Positions 1 through 42,565 of a stretch of DNA of 64,000 nucleotides are shown here, piece after piece. The notes under the pieces are model-generated. The model saw nothing but the letters and a program-made list of their open reading frames with translations, searched no databases and was not told the origin of the DNA. Each line of letters starts with the position of its first letter. The first letter of the stretch is position 1. Location of the stretch: assembly GCF_031769215.1 (NCBI RefSeq), contig NW_026781946.1:248001-312000 (forward strand). The letters run 5' to 3'. This stretch comes from Ylistrum balloti (taxonomy: Eukaryota). The translations under genes and the position numbers were made by a program.

Positions 1-1184
1 ATTGGGTCTGAATCTGTGTACGCTAATTATCGCTGATTTACATCAATAAATATTTCTTTATCAATTTTCTAATATATGATACCTCTACCATGGTGAGCAA
101 GTCTACAGCAATGCAAAGGTGTGATAAAGTTACAAACAACACAAGATAGATTCTTAAACTGAAGCAAGAGCCTGTGCAGAAATAATGCAGTACTCGTACA
201 TACATTTCTGTGCGCTAAGCTTGTGAAGAGTACATAAGGAGGGTCATGACCGGTGAATGTATAATAATTATATGTAATTTCCATAGAAAAGGGACACCAA
301 TGTTTCCCACATGCAGTGTTCACTGTTATATAAACTATCCCGTGAATAATGAGAAATAATAATTTAAAAAAAATCAATGAAATATAGAAATAAAAACAAA
401 ATCGTGCCTTCCTGTATTTCCTTGAGGAAATCACAAAACCTGGCAAAGTTAAAAGCAAAATTATAAAAGGCCGACCCGATAAAATTGCTGAGAAAAGATA
501 ATTTTTAAATAAAAAATAGAGATAAGGTAAGAAATTATGTGTTCAATAATACCAGGGTCCCAGCAACCTTTAGCTATAGTACTCAATAAATTACCCGGTC
601 TCTGGAACTTACATAACATTAGTGAGTGGTTACATGTATTAGTACAGGAACCCTGGACATCCTCTGAGGGAGGCTAGGTTGTCTTCTACTAATCCAACAT
701 ATTATACTAACTTTTCTTACATCATTGTTCATGGAGCTGACATAGAAAATCAATACATCAAATTGTCATTTCCAATGATTTTAATTATCAGTAGATATCT
801 GATCAAAATAAAACACTAGTTATAGATATAAAGAGCCTTTTCATCAGTTTGTTTCAGTACTGAGGTAAATAACCATAAAAAAAAATAATAATCACATTCT
901 TTTGGAAACAATTTAATGTGAAGATATCACTCTGGCACTGTCCCCTCTTGCTTGTTGAAGTGTGTTAAACTCTGAATTTAGAACAAATAGTAAACATTGC
1001 CTCCTGATATATGTAAATATGTGCTAGAAAATATCAATAAATAAACTTTGATGCAAATTTCTGACAAGTGAAATGTCCACTCCTATCTGGTAACAGAAAC
1101 AAAACAATAAAACCATGATGACATTATTTCAACTTCTCTAGGGGTAGTTATCAACAATCAGATATATCAACACATGTATCAACA

Positions 1185-1700
1185 GAGATGTTGAACGAGA
1201 TCCTAAATGTGCTCACTGAAACAAAGGGAGCTAATGTTGAATGAGATCATAAATGTACTGACTGAAGTCAAAGGGGATAACGTTTTTTTTAAAGAGATCC
1301 TTAGTCTGCTGACAAAGAAATAAAGTTGCACAAGACCCTAATTTTGCTAAGGACAAAGGAGATAAAGCTGTACAAGATCCACAATGTTCTGACTGAATCA
1401 AGGGAGATAAAGCTGTACAAGATCCACAATGTTCGGACTGAATCAAGGGAGATAAAGCTGTACAAAATCCTAAATCTGCTGACTGAATCAAGGGAGATAA
1501 AGCTACACAAGATCCCAATTTTGCAAAGGACAATGGAGTTAAGTTATATGAGATCCTAAATCTGCTGACTGAATCAAAGGTGATAAAGCTGTACAAGATC
1601 CAAAATAAAGCTGTACAAGATCCAAAATGTTCTGACAGAATCAAGGGAGATAAAGCTGTACAAGATCCTAAATCTGCTGACTGGGAGATAAAGTTGTATG
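1185..1700. repeat. 45-bp minisatellite (GAATCAAGGGAGATAAAGCTGTACAAGATCCTAAATCTGCTGACT-like)
   Basis: About 10 degenerate copies; explains the 15-aa periodic ORFs at 1231-1783. Confidence 0.92.
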
Positions 1701-2210
1701 AGGCATTCACCTTGAAAAAGCATCAGATTAAAATTCAAGAGAAGAAATCAAACTTTTCAACAGTCACCCAGAAAGACAACTAGTGTATGACAAGGATGCA
1801 TCCTTAAGCTAGAGAATTTGAATCTCAACAATAGTTCAATCTATGTCAGCAAGCAAGAGGAGGTCATATAAAAGTTGTTCCTGAAACTAGCTTAGATCTG
1901 ATCAATTAATTACTAGACATCATAAATACCCTACCTTTGTAACACTCATGTATGTGTTTCTCTGTGATCAACAAAACAATACTGGAATTTTTGTTTATTT
2001 CTCTAATGTCTAAATAAATCTCATATGAATTACATGTGATATTCCAAATTCCAAACCAACACACAAACAAGTGCCACTTCATTTTAAAATCTTCCAAATT
2101 ATAGATGTAAATTTATCATTTATTGAAATTAGCAGTGATCTAATTTTTTTTTCAAAAAAGTAAAAAGAATGATTATGAATATGCAAATTAGCAGTGATAT
2201 TAACATTCCC

Positions 2211-31233
<29,023 letters not shown>

Positions 31234-34200
31234 CACGTCTCTGTGATGTCCCAACAATGACTATCTGGTTTACTCCCCATGGCAGGGTTTGGGGTTCTTC
31301 AATAGTTACTGTACCATGTGACAAACATTTCCTATGTAATATCTGCAGCAATATCGTCTTTAAACTCTGGCATAAACATCTTAACTAGACACCATCTGAA
31401 AGATCAAGTAAGGCACTCTCAGAAAAATACAGTTTTTCTGTGTCAGTACTGCAGATTATTCACCACACTCCTGTCAAAACATCAGAGATTAAGTGTTTTA
31501 ATATTAATCCAATATATCCTGTGTATAACTCAGTAAGTAAAGGGTGGCCATTGGTTCTTTAATATAAACAGACTTCAGATTCAATATAGATACTTAAGTA
31601 CTTATATATACCCATTAAATTGTATGCATAATGTCAGATAAAATAGCTTATGTAATAAATAATAGAGGTGCATTAATCTCTGGACTCCAATGACTGAAAA
31701 GCCTCTTTACAGGGATCAACATATCCCTAATAAATAATCAGGAGGTACAGTGTACTTCACCAGCCACCATACTTCATATCCCCAGGGCTACAGACTTTTC
31801 TATTCTAAACAATTCAATATGTGTATGGATAAAGCTTAGCATTAAAATTTCTATTTTAAAAAACTGTATTATATATATGGTAATAAAACAAAATTATGTT
31901 CTGAAAATATACCTCAAGTTGCATGCTAAAGAGCAAACATTTAAATTTCTCTATGTAGAGCTAATCAGTCATGACTAAACCACATCTACCATGGGTATAT
32001 ATTAGAATTTAAACTCTTTGCATGTATTTCTCTATGCTAATCAGTATCTAATGAAAATACCAATATAATGCATTACCACACACAATGCAGAGATAATGTA
32101 TGTAACACATGAGATGTATCGTCTATCAACCCAGGTAAAAAATCAATTAATGATAATACAACAAGTTGAAGTGTAATGTCAACATTAAAATACAATTGAC
32201 GTTTAGACAGATTTGCCAAATAATCAATACAGACCTATTTAGTCTAAAAAATAAATTGAATGAATTTGTATTGAAAAGATAACTATCTGGCATCAACATA
32301 GATTCTGAACATGTTATATGTTTATTCAATATTTCCTAAGGGTAAAAACAATGGTGATGTTTTATAGAATGTGAAATGTATATATACAGTAAATAATGCA
32401 GGTTACTAACTGTTACATGCATGTCAAAGTGCATGCAATCTACCATGAAGACAATCATATTATTAGAAATTTGTTCAAGGTAATAATAAATAAATAGAGA
32501 GCGTTACACTGAGTTGGGGTATTACTGAACTGGAAGCATAAGAACACCAAGGCATCTGATTTCATAGGTGCTGAAATGTCAGAATGCATAATAGGTAAAA
32601 ATATGACATTGTGATCAACTATTTATATATAATTAGGAATTTAAGGTAAATTAACTGTTGAAGTCATTGATTTCAATAATTAACCATTTATCTTCAACTT
32701 TAATATTCCGAAATGAGCAAATGTATATGTAACAACTTTCTTATAAAAGTAAGTAATTATACATGTCTCTTAAGGATTAGAATCAGAATTTAGCTGAAGT
32801 GTTCAATAATTACCAGTCCCGTGTAATCCAGCCAAAGTACAAACCATTTCTATATTAACTTTTAACCAAATTATAGCAGTTTGAACATACACCACAGAGG
32901 AGACATCCAAAGAACAGTCCGAGCATAATGTAAACAGCTTGGCATGATGGGTCTTCTACACAATAATCAATATCCACAACATACCTACTATAGTACTACA
33001 TTAAAGATTTGGCAACTTGACATTTCTCAGACATACAGAGTTTATTAAAGACACCTGCAGACATTATACTTTGACAAAATACTTTATAAATAGCTCATTG
33101 GTAACATGATAGCATTTGGTTCAAAAACAAATAATTACCTTTGTAATATTTTTGTATACACCAATATGGTACAATATACAGTCAAAAAACAAACATTAAC
33201 TCCAATGTGAACAGATTGGTGACACTATACAACTCTTGTAATTTGATACCGATTTTTACAATCACTAGTCACTGTACAATGTAGATACATTCCAATCTTT
33301 TAACACTGGGGCTTTAAGTCTATGTGAATGGCAGTATATTTAGTATGTAAAGTAGTTTTTTGTTTTATGAATAGTCTGCAGGACACAATGTATATAATGA
33401 CCTCAAAAAAAATAATTCATGACACCTTAGATTATAATCCAAGATAATGATATTAAAGTACCTCCGAGACCTTTAATGTGTATTTTGTGTACAAACTCCT
33501 CCTAGTGAACCTGTAAATTATGTTATTCTGCCTTCATGTACAATGTACAAAAACATATACTGTACACAAAGTCAAGTCTAATTCAGTACAAAACTTATTT
33601 GCGACAGTGTATTGCTAACAGTAAACAAGTGTTTTGCTGATTAACACCCAAAGAAATACTTTGCCTGGAATGCTATGAATTGATTAGCAGTACTAGTGTA
33701 AACATTCAAAAGATAACTGCATTACTTGACAATTGATCTGTGATATAAATACCATGGTCAGTAGTTATTTGCCAAGCATTTTGACGTCCATGTATTTACT
33801 AAATAAGTATATTTATTTGGTCTGCATGATTGCTTTTGTTACATGAAATTTATGACAGCAAATGATGATGTACAACATGTACTATCAGTTTGTTGCCCTG
33901 AAATTAAAAGCTTCATGAATGCCTTATATTGTAAGATGTTAATTTTATCTAATTGTGATTCTTGAAAAAATGCTAGATTTCCAAATCAACATCTCAGTAA
34001 AATCTGCACCTACTAGCAATTTAGTGTATAAACATTGTAAACCTGTGATGTATGTAGAATCTGCACATACATGTATATGTAATACATGCAAATCTTCAAA
34101 ATTGGAATATGATGCATCTTATAACACTGGTAGTGTTAGGATGCATGTTTTAATACAAAGATACACGTAACATTACCATGCAAATCGTATTAAACTCTTA

Positions 34201-35074
34201 CAGCATTACGGATAATGATATCTCACATTGTAAACTGCAAATGGCAACAGAATAATTGATACCAAAATCGCCTCTGTAATGAAAAGTTACATATATTTGT
34301 AACACAACTGAACAAAAAAACAACATATCTATTTTCTGAATTCACATCTTATGTATAGAAAGAATGAGGATAGTTTTGTGCTGGGGTTCAAACTAGCCTT
34401 ACAAGTATTAACCCATAGACAATTGGCCTGTCTCAAGCCAGCCAGACATCCACATCAATCTAAATTGTGCACGCATGTACAGTTCTACTACTTACACGTA
34501 CATTGCACATCTGTGAACAAGCATTTTGAATGGATGCACTAAAACTTGTTGTTTACGCAGAGCATCCTTTTATCTCACAATGAAATGATGTATAGTAATT
34601 TAATTAAAGTAGACAATAAAGAAATCATATCAGGAGGTGCATGGGATAAGAGTGTCCTAAGCTAATGTCACAGCCGGGTGATTATGATCAGCTTTACACT
34701 CCCATCGATGCTTATTATATGCTGCCAGTTGATATACTGTACATGTTGAATTTGTTAATTTAGTAACAGAAGCTAACAACAATACGACTATTCCCATGGA
34801 CTCTGTAAATATAAGGTGCATGGAAATGTCATTTCAATTGAAAAAACATACCATGATCGTTTGTCAGAAATTCTATTTACATACGTTTCTGCAGTCACGT
34901 TTCAATTGAAGATCAGTTTCGACGTGTTTCGTCTGTTAATCGGTGATTTCGTTGGTATAATTTCGATACGACAACTTTGTTTATCTGATATAATATCATG
35001 GACGTATTTTATGACAACTGAAGAGTACAGAAACACGTGTTATTCCATAAATCCTAAGTAAACATATTCCGTAC

Positions 35075-35200
35075 CATTCATTGAAGATTGTCGCCTCAAA
35101 GTGTCTGCCATCTTGAAACTTTACGGGCTGAAATGATTGGCTGATTTTAGATCACGTGCCCGGGGTCGTTTCTAACGAGACGAAAGGGGCACTGCATTGG
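35075..35200 (-). promoter_or_regulatory. Candidate LRRC9 core promoter / first exon
   Basis: In minus-strand order: X-box-like GTCTCGTTAGAAAC (35168-35181), E-box CACGTG (35153-35158), CCAAT (35136-35140), YY1-type AAGATGGC (35107-35114), then donor ATG|GTACGG at 35075. Sits at the CpG-poor/CpG-rich boundary. Confidence 0.5.
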
Positions 35201-36940
35201 GGTTTCTAACAAAATGTAGATCGACGCGCATTGCCGTTACTACATGCACGGCAGTTATGTCAAGAAAAAAACGCCAGAATTTTTTTATTATTTTTTTATC
35301 GCATACCAGAATAATCCTTACTCAGCTTCCATATTTAGGCATAGAGAAATGTATATTTTTTTATGTAACTTACCGATTTTTATGAATCCGAAAGTGAACT
35401 CCCGTATTACTGGGTACATAGATCACATTGTAGAGAAAAGCGCATTTAGATCCACAATGTATAAACCCCGTTGCAACAAACCGTGAAACGTATATAGAAT
35501 TGTACAGAGGAAACACAAATTAATAATACTTCGGAATTCGATACCGCCTGCAAACAACAAATTATACTGCATCTTGCAGCTGTTTCGTCATTCCAGAACT
35601 CAAAGAAAAGCCTGCTCAAGTCGGCATTTTCATGGTTCTTTATAGTAATGCTTTAAATAATATTTCGACCTTTATTCTATATTGATATCGCAATAATGTA
35701 GGTTTTAGAAAAGGAAGATAATCATAACCTTTAAAAGCTTGTTTTTCCATCGTATTTGTAAGTATGTATGATACTGAAGTTGAATTATTAAATACAACTA
35801 TTGTTTAAAAAAATTATATATAGTTCATTTTTGTAAGTTTTTTGTGTCAGTTTTGAAATCAAGTTTTTATATACAAAAATGTAATGCTTAATTCGCGAGC
35901 GAAACCATTAGAGTTCAAAACTGGATAAAGTTCATGATCATATCTCATAGCTATTCCCAAATCAAACGGAGTGGATAGGAATTAATGAGCTTTTAGCTTG
36001 TTTTCCATTCCCGTATATGACTTGTATGTCAAACAACTGTTGCATAAAAACCACAAAAAACCAAAAGCAAGAAAAAAAGTCTTGAAATAAAAAAAAAATT
36101 CAAATATTCAAACTAAACTGCATGTATAACGTGTTTATAATCATCATTGGATGTAGGAGAAATAGACGGATGCATGGTTACGCTGCTGAGAAAAATCTCT
36201 AAAACATCCTAGTCATGTTATATTACAGTGTGGAATTGAAATAAACTTCCAACTGCCTTCAAATCGGGTTTTGGTCAAGAAAGGGAAAGTCCACAAGAAT
36301 GTGTGTAAGCCTGGCGGTCATCGGTTGCAGTCAGTATATCGAGAAGTACAACTTTTGTACAAACTTTTTTTTATGTGAGACAGTTAATGCAATGCAGGAG
36401 GCTTGTTTAGAATCCAACATCCAAGATTATCCTGATCTAGTCCATTACCAACAAATGTGAATGGTTCAGTTTTTTTTTAAACAAATCATTCTGAACAAAC
36501 ACATATTACTTCCATGTGGTCAAAATGTCTATTCAGTTTCCTTTATATGACACTGTGTTGCCACCACATACCAAAACGTAGCGCTTTGTTGAATAAATAG
36601 ATAAATAAATTTTAAAAAATCGTTTTTTCACAGCAACGCTTTGTCGGGGTGAAAAAGCACCGATTATTTAGATTAACGTCGTTTTCGCAACAGCGTTACA
36701 AAAAATATCAACGGATTGATTGACACTTTCTTTAAAATAATGAAATGTAAAGATATTTTTTATTTTTTCCTTTCCTTTTTAGCTTAAAACCCTCAGAAAT
36801 GCTTGTGTGATATATCATTAAATGAGCTAATTGCCATACAAACTGTTAATGCTTATTCATACAAAAAGTTGTACATTGTGATTTCCAGTCAGAGCTGTAT
36901 CATATTTAAGTGCATCACTAAGGTCCTCACGCTAACGTCA

Positions 36941-37172
36941 NNNNNNNNNNNNNNNNNNNNNNNNNNNNNNNNNNNNNNNNNNNNNNNNNNNNNNNNNNNN
37001 NNNNNNNNNNNNNNNNNNNNNNNNNNNNNNNNNNNNNNNNNNNNNNNNNNNNNNNNNNNNNNNNNNNNNNNNNNNNNNNNNNNNNNNNNNNNNNNNNNNN
37101 NNNNNNNNNNNNNNNNNNNNNNNNNNNNNNNNNNNNNNNNNNNNNNNNNNNNNNNNNNNNNNNNNNNNNNNN
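36941..37172. other. Assembly gap (232 N)
   Basis: Run of N. Confidence 1.
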
Positions 37173-38404
37173 AGTCTTACCAGGTTCTCTCCGATACTCA
37201 CGAGAATCTCAGCTGCAAGAAGGCAGTATGTCACGTACGAGACGTTAACAGACAGCAGGCCATTCCCCTATGACATTCTACAGTCGTGTGCCGACCTTTT
37301 CTGTCGTTTTGAGGACCGGTATCACATGAAATTCATAATATCTACCATTAACATTAAGTTTTTTTAAAAAGCAATTATGCTCATCAATCGAGATTACTAC
37401 TGGGATATAAGCCATGCTTTCGATCTCCTAACGCATATGTATCATGTAAACTCGATCTGATGAATAAAGCCTCTAATCACAGACAGATGAGGACATGCAC
37501 GAATGAATTCAAATATAAGACACGCCACGGGGGATCCATGATGATTACTAATTTTCTATTTGACCTTTCGAGCAACCATATTTCTATTTTACTTGTGAAG
37601 AATTTTTCGTTACGAATGTCCTTTTTGTAAGACATATTCATGTCTATTCTACATTTTCTGTGTTGTGTCAGTATACATCTGATGATATATGTACTAACCC
37701 CAGGCAGTCGACAGACGTCTTCCATTTCGTCAAAAACAAATCAGTTCTACAGGCAGTAACGCGTTTGTATATACTGTTACTATCAAGTGACAGCTTCTTA
37801 TAACTCCTATAAACCCCCTAATCGGAAAGCATTTAATTCATTTCAAAATCGTTCCACCTTGAGGCAGATCCCAGAATGTCTGGATTGACTCTGGATCCAT
37901 TTGTAGAAAACACGCCGTGAGTAGGTAATTGTATTGAACGAACTCTGTAACTCCCGGTCCATTTCCCATTAGGTTTTGTCCCCAATCTTAAATTTTCTCT
38001 GCTGCCATTTTAATAATTCATTAAGGTAGTTGAGTTTTTAGCGGACGCGGCACTGAGGCAAGATCAATTATTTACGGGTATCAAGCAGATTTTGAAGAGT
38101 ACAAACGCCATGTAACATGCTGTAACACGCGAATATAACAAGCGAAATAGGACTGTGACTAAACCTTTGAGATTAAATTAGAATGAAATTATAAAAATTG
38201 GGTCAGAATGGAACAAGATGTCCCAGTATTGGAGCCTAAAAACTATAGATAAAAGGACACTGGTTGCGAACTTTTAAACTGGGTATTGAGTTGTTAATAT
38301 CGAATAAGAATTAAATACATTTATGACAATAATGGTATAGAATCCAAACAAAATATTGCTGTAATGATGATACCCGGGGATTAACGTGATAGGATTTATC
38401 ATTG

Positions 38405-38583
38405 NNNNNNNNNNNNNNNNNNNNNNNNNNNNNNNNNNNNNNNNNNNNNNNNNNNNNNNNNNNNNNNNNNNNNNNNNNNNNNNNNNNNNNNNNNNNNNNN
38501 NNNNNNNNNNNNNNNNNNNNNNNNNNNNNNNNNNNNNNNNNNNNNNNNNNNNNNNNNNNNNNNNNNNNNNNNNNNNNNNNNNN
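38405..38583. other. Assembly gap (179 N), followed by (GT)n and (AAT)n microsatellites
   Basis: Run of N. Confidence 1.
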
Positions 38584-38871
38584 GTGTGGTGTAAGGGTGT
38601 GTGTGTGTTTTGTAAATAATAATAATAATAACAAGCAGCCATCACTCCTGATGTGATATATTCTACTGTCGTACTAAGGATGGCCATGTACTACTGTTTT
38701 TTTTATTCCGTTCTGTAAAATATCAAATGAAGTTTCCGCATCCCCCTTTTTGTTGTCAATTATTGTGAGGTTAAAAACAAATGCAGGGACATTTTAAGCC
38801 TCTGTTAGAGCATGATATATATATCCAACTACAAAGAGGATCCCCGAAATAGCATTTCGTGTTGTCCATTC

Positions 38872-38921
38872 TGTCTCTCTCTCTCTCTCTCTTTCTCACA
38901 CACACACACATACACACACAC
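38872..38921. repeat. Compound (TC)n(AC)n microsatellite
   Basis: Direct inspection. Confidence 0.95.
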
Positions 38922-39286
38922 TTCAAAACAAAACCACATAACGACATTTTCTTTGTAATTTGTGTATAGTGGCTTTGTATGACTGTCTGCTAGCGAGATA
39001 TTGGAATTGTTTGAAACTACTTAGATAACGATGTAACACGTATGATCAGAAGTCTGTTAATTGTTTTCTGACGTCAATAGCGGCATTGCATTCAATCCGT
39101 TACGATGTTGTTGTGTCTATTACTGAAGGCTTTTAATCTCATGTAATATTTTTTTTGTCTTTTAATCGATATCAAAACATTTAAAATTCATCATATCATG
39201 TCAAAACTCACCGTCTGTGGCACCACTAAGCCTAGGGTAGACAAGCTCTGTAAACCATGACGCCCTAGTCAAATCATCACGTAATA

Positions 39287-40360
39287 CGAGGGCTGGTTGA
39301 TAAGTTGTGAACCTCATATTTAAGGTTTGACATTTGGCGGACATATTGCATTACTTTTCAACATAATCCCCTTCAGCATCTAACCTCTGTACACTTTTGC
39401 CAGCGATGTTTAAGGGCCTCAATGCCACTTTTAAAGAAGGTTTTTTCTTGACCGTTCAGAACGTGCTTCACTGCATGTATGACGTCATAATTTGACCGAA
39501 AATGGGTGCCGGAAATGGTCTTTTTCAATTTCGGAAATAGATAGAATTCTGACGGAGCGAGATCAGGCGAATAAGGCGGAAGCTCAGTCAATTCAAAGCC
39601 ACAGACATTAATGGCAGCCATGTCAACGACAGAACAGGGACAATGTTCTGGTGGAACAAAACACCTTTATTGAGTTTTCCGTGGCGCTTGAGTTTAATAT
39701 TTTCTCTTAACTGACTTAGAAGTGATGCATAATATGTGCCATTGATTGTTTGTCTATTCTGAAGATAATCTACCACCAGAGTACCATAAGCATCCCAGAA
39801 AACAGAGGTCATAACATTTTCAGCTGATAAGACAGTCTTTGCCTTCTATGGCGGGGAGGAACCAGGATGTTTCCATTGTTTTGACTGTTGCTTGGCCTCT
39901 GGGGTCAAATGATTACATATGTTTCTCCCTAGTCACAAACCTCTGTAGAAAGCTAGTAGGATCTGCCTCTAAACGGTTCAGATTAGCACACGACAAGGTT
40001 CGCCTGGTATACTTCTGATCAATTGTCAAGAATCTTGGTATCCAACTTGCTGAGAGTTTTTTCATTGCGAGATCTTCTGTAAGAATGGAATGTAATCTTT
40101 CCTGTGAAATCCCAACTGTACTGGCTATATATCTCACTGTAACTCGCCTCTTAGCCATACCAATATCATGTACTTTATTGACCATTTCAGAACATTGCAA
40201 AAGTAACAGACCTTCCAGGACGGGCGTCATCCCCAAAGGCTTGGCCTGCAACGCTTAAATTCTGCCAACCATTTCACGGTAGATATGAAAGGGACATCAT
40301 TCCCTAGTGTTTCTACCATATCTAGACCTTTCTTATGCAAATATTGAATCCATTTTTTCA
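39287..40360 (-). mobile_element. Decayed mariner (Tc1/mariner DD34D, Himar1/irritans-like) DNA transposon; transposase pseudogene with frameshifts
   Basis: Peptides QYLHKKGL, WLAEFKR...DDARPGR, KKLSASWIPRFLT, MTSVFWDAYG, VDYLQNRQTINGTYY, GVLFHQN, PPYSPDLAPSEFYLFPKLK. TA plus TIR-like CGAGGGCTGGTTGATAAGTT at 39285-39306. No second TIR found. Confidence 0.93.
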
Positions 40361-40733
40361 CGGAGTATTTCTGTCTATATCGTGTGATTTATTAGCTATA
40401 CAGTTTTGCTCTTTCGTAAAGTTGTGAACGGTCTCTATTCCATTTCTCCGACAATGTTATTTATAACACCATCTTTTATTCCATGGAGAACGGATGATTG
40501 ATTACCAGTCACCAGTACAAGGTCTTATACCATATTTGAAATATGGGTAAAAAAAGTCATACAGTCAATGGGTAGACTATTTCTCTCTTGGGACGTTCAG
40601 AGACTTTGATAACAAGATTCTCAACTTTTCCTGTACCTTTCAAGATTTTAATTTTTAAAAAGAAATACATGCAATGTTATGACTTTATGATTTTTGGTGA
40701 CTTTTTTCTTGTACATTACACATGTGTTTACAA

Positions 40734-41250
40734 ATGTTCGTCGTCGTGTTTGGCTGTTAGATCTTCAAACAGACAATCGACGTGCCTACGGGAACTAGCT
40801 GTGCCGTTCTCTTGGCTGACTGATCTTTTCCAAAAGAGGCTGAATTTATCAAGGAGCTTATCAAAACAGGACATGAAGACCTTGCAAAGTCCTTCAATTT
40901 CGTTTTCAGATATATTGATGACGTATTGTCTTTAAATAACAAGAGATGTATTGACCATAAGGTCTATTGGAAATCACAGACACAGAAGATTCTTCTACAT
41001 CGACCACCTATCTTGATCATCTCCCACAACGTAGCCAACATAGCTCTCCACCAAGATATATACTGATAGGCGTGATGACTTCTATTTTCCTGTTGTGAAT
41101 TTTCCAATCCTGGATGTATCCTCAACCTTTGGTTTTTATATGTCGCCACTTATTCAATATTCAAGAATCTGTTCCCAAGTAATACGATTTTATATGCAAG
41201 ATGTCAACAACAGACAGAAAAACTCACAATACAGTCTTTCGAGAGATGCA
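40734..41250 (+). mobile_element. Penelope-like retroelement (probably Naiad-type) reverse-transcriptase remnant
   Basis: FVVVFG..IFKQTIDVPTGTSCAVLLAD*...KSFNFVFRYIDDVLSLNN (YIDD at 40911-40922), then TDTEDSSTSTTYLD and DRRDDFYFPVVNFP..LIQYSRICS; stops and frameshifts. Confidence 0.88.
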
Positions 41251-41291
41251 GGTCGACGAACATTATGGTGGGGGGGGGGGGTGTGGGTGGT

Positions 41292-41447
41292 GTAGTGATA
41301 TAATTAGGAAACATTCTGCTTCTTTGTGCAGGGGGGGGGTTCGTTGTCGTAGTGATATAATTGGGAAACATTCTGCTTCTTTGTGCAGGGGGGCGGGGGG
41401 GTCGTCGTCGTAGTGATATAATTGGGAAACATTCTGCTTCTTTGTGC
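41292..41447. repeat. Three copies of GTAGTGATATAATT(A/G)GGAAACATTCTGCTTCTTTGTGC separated by G-runs
   Basis: Starts at 41292, 41349, 41410. Confidence 0.92.
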
Positions 41448-41554
41448 GATGTGGAGATGGATGTGTTTAATGCTCGATAGAATGCCTGTTGGTTCTGTGG
41501 TTGTATTCCTTGGTCTCATTTGTGAACGCGACATTACTTACTTGAATTGACAAA

Positions 41555-41625
41555 CATTTACATGGCGGGTGTCGTCGATGAAGCATAAGAAGCTTACTCT
41601 TTTTGAACCAATGACCTTATTCTCT
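41555..41625 (+). mobile_element. 3' terminal segment of the same Penelope-like family (copy 1)
   Basis: About 70-bp homology to 46075-46140, which follows a PLE C-terminal coding remnant. Confidence 0.65.
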
Positions 41626-42565
41626 TTGTGCTTTTTCGGTGTTATTTAACATTGTTGACACTTTCATTTTCTTGTCATTTTTTAAGCTTTCTTGAATATA
41701 CCTAAGCACGATGGTGTATTTGACTTCCTGACTATGTTATGCTATAAAGCATCGAATGAATGATATTGCACGTCAATCTGATTTTTACAGTAAAATGGAA
41801 CATTCTTCGAAGTATGGCTTATATAGACATTCGGTACCTGATATTATTTTGCAATAATATTTGACCTTTACCTTATGTATTTTAAACAATGAGGTAATCA
41901 GCACATAGATAATGTATTGAATCAGGGCGAATTCGAATTTATCTTACAATGTCTAGTTTATCAATATATTAGAGCGAAAAATAAAGAAAAAAAACTGATT
42001 AGTTCAACTGGATGATTGTACAAAAGACACACAAGTGCATAGCACCATTAAATACAAAATTAGCTAAGTGGATAAGATAAAGTAGAGCAAAACTAGAAAT
42101 GTCACAGTTCAAGGGTTTTAGTTAGTTTGTGTATGATGTAATCATATTAAGAAAACCGTTAATATAATTTTCTCTGCATTCTCTACGGCATTAATTAGTT
42201 TCCCGTATACCACGTGGACACATTTCTATGTACTTCTTTGATTCATTGTTTGGCTTTACTGAATCTTAGCTAAATTTGTATTGAATATATCTCTTCACTT
42301 GTGTGTCTTTTGTACAATTTTTGATATTGCAGGCGGTAGACACAGCTGGTGGACTTTTAATCCTCGAGATTTGCCGTTGCCTGCATGCCACGTTTTAATT
42401 CATCTGAATAGTTGCAAGGTCAATAATATATACATGTAGGTGACGTTCTTCTGAAATTATCAGAGGTATGAAAATTACGAAATTTACTGAAGTACGATAA
42501 TAGTGTACATCCCTATCTAGTTTTGACGTTTCTTTCTATCACTTTGGATGTTTCTCATTTCCCTC

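Noticed and set aside
1231-1783. Periodic ORFs at 1.2-1.8 kb, 9.6-10.2 kb and 25.3-26.6 kb as genes
   Set aside because: All are translations of tandem repeats.
36803-38687. ORFs spanning N runs
   Set aside because: Artefacts of translating assembly gaps.
40821-40823. In-frame TGA in the PLE RT as selenocysteine
   Set aside because: It falls at a position that is Leu in the family motif (LLADL), and the copy has other stops and frameshifts, so this is ordinary decay.
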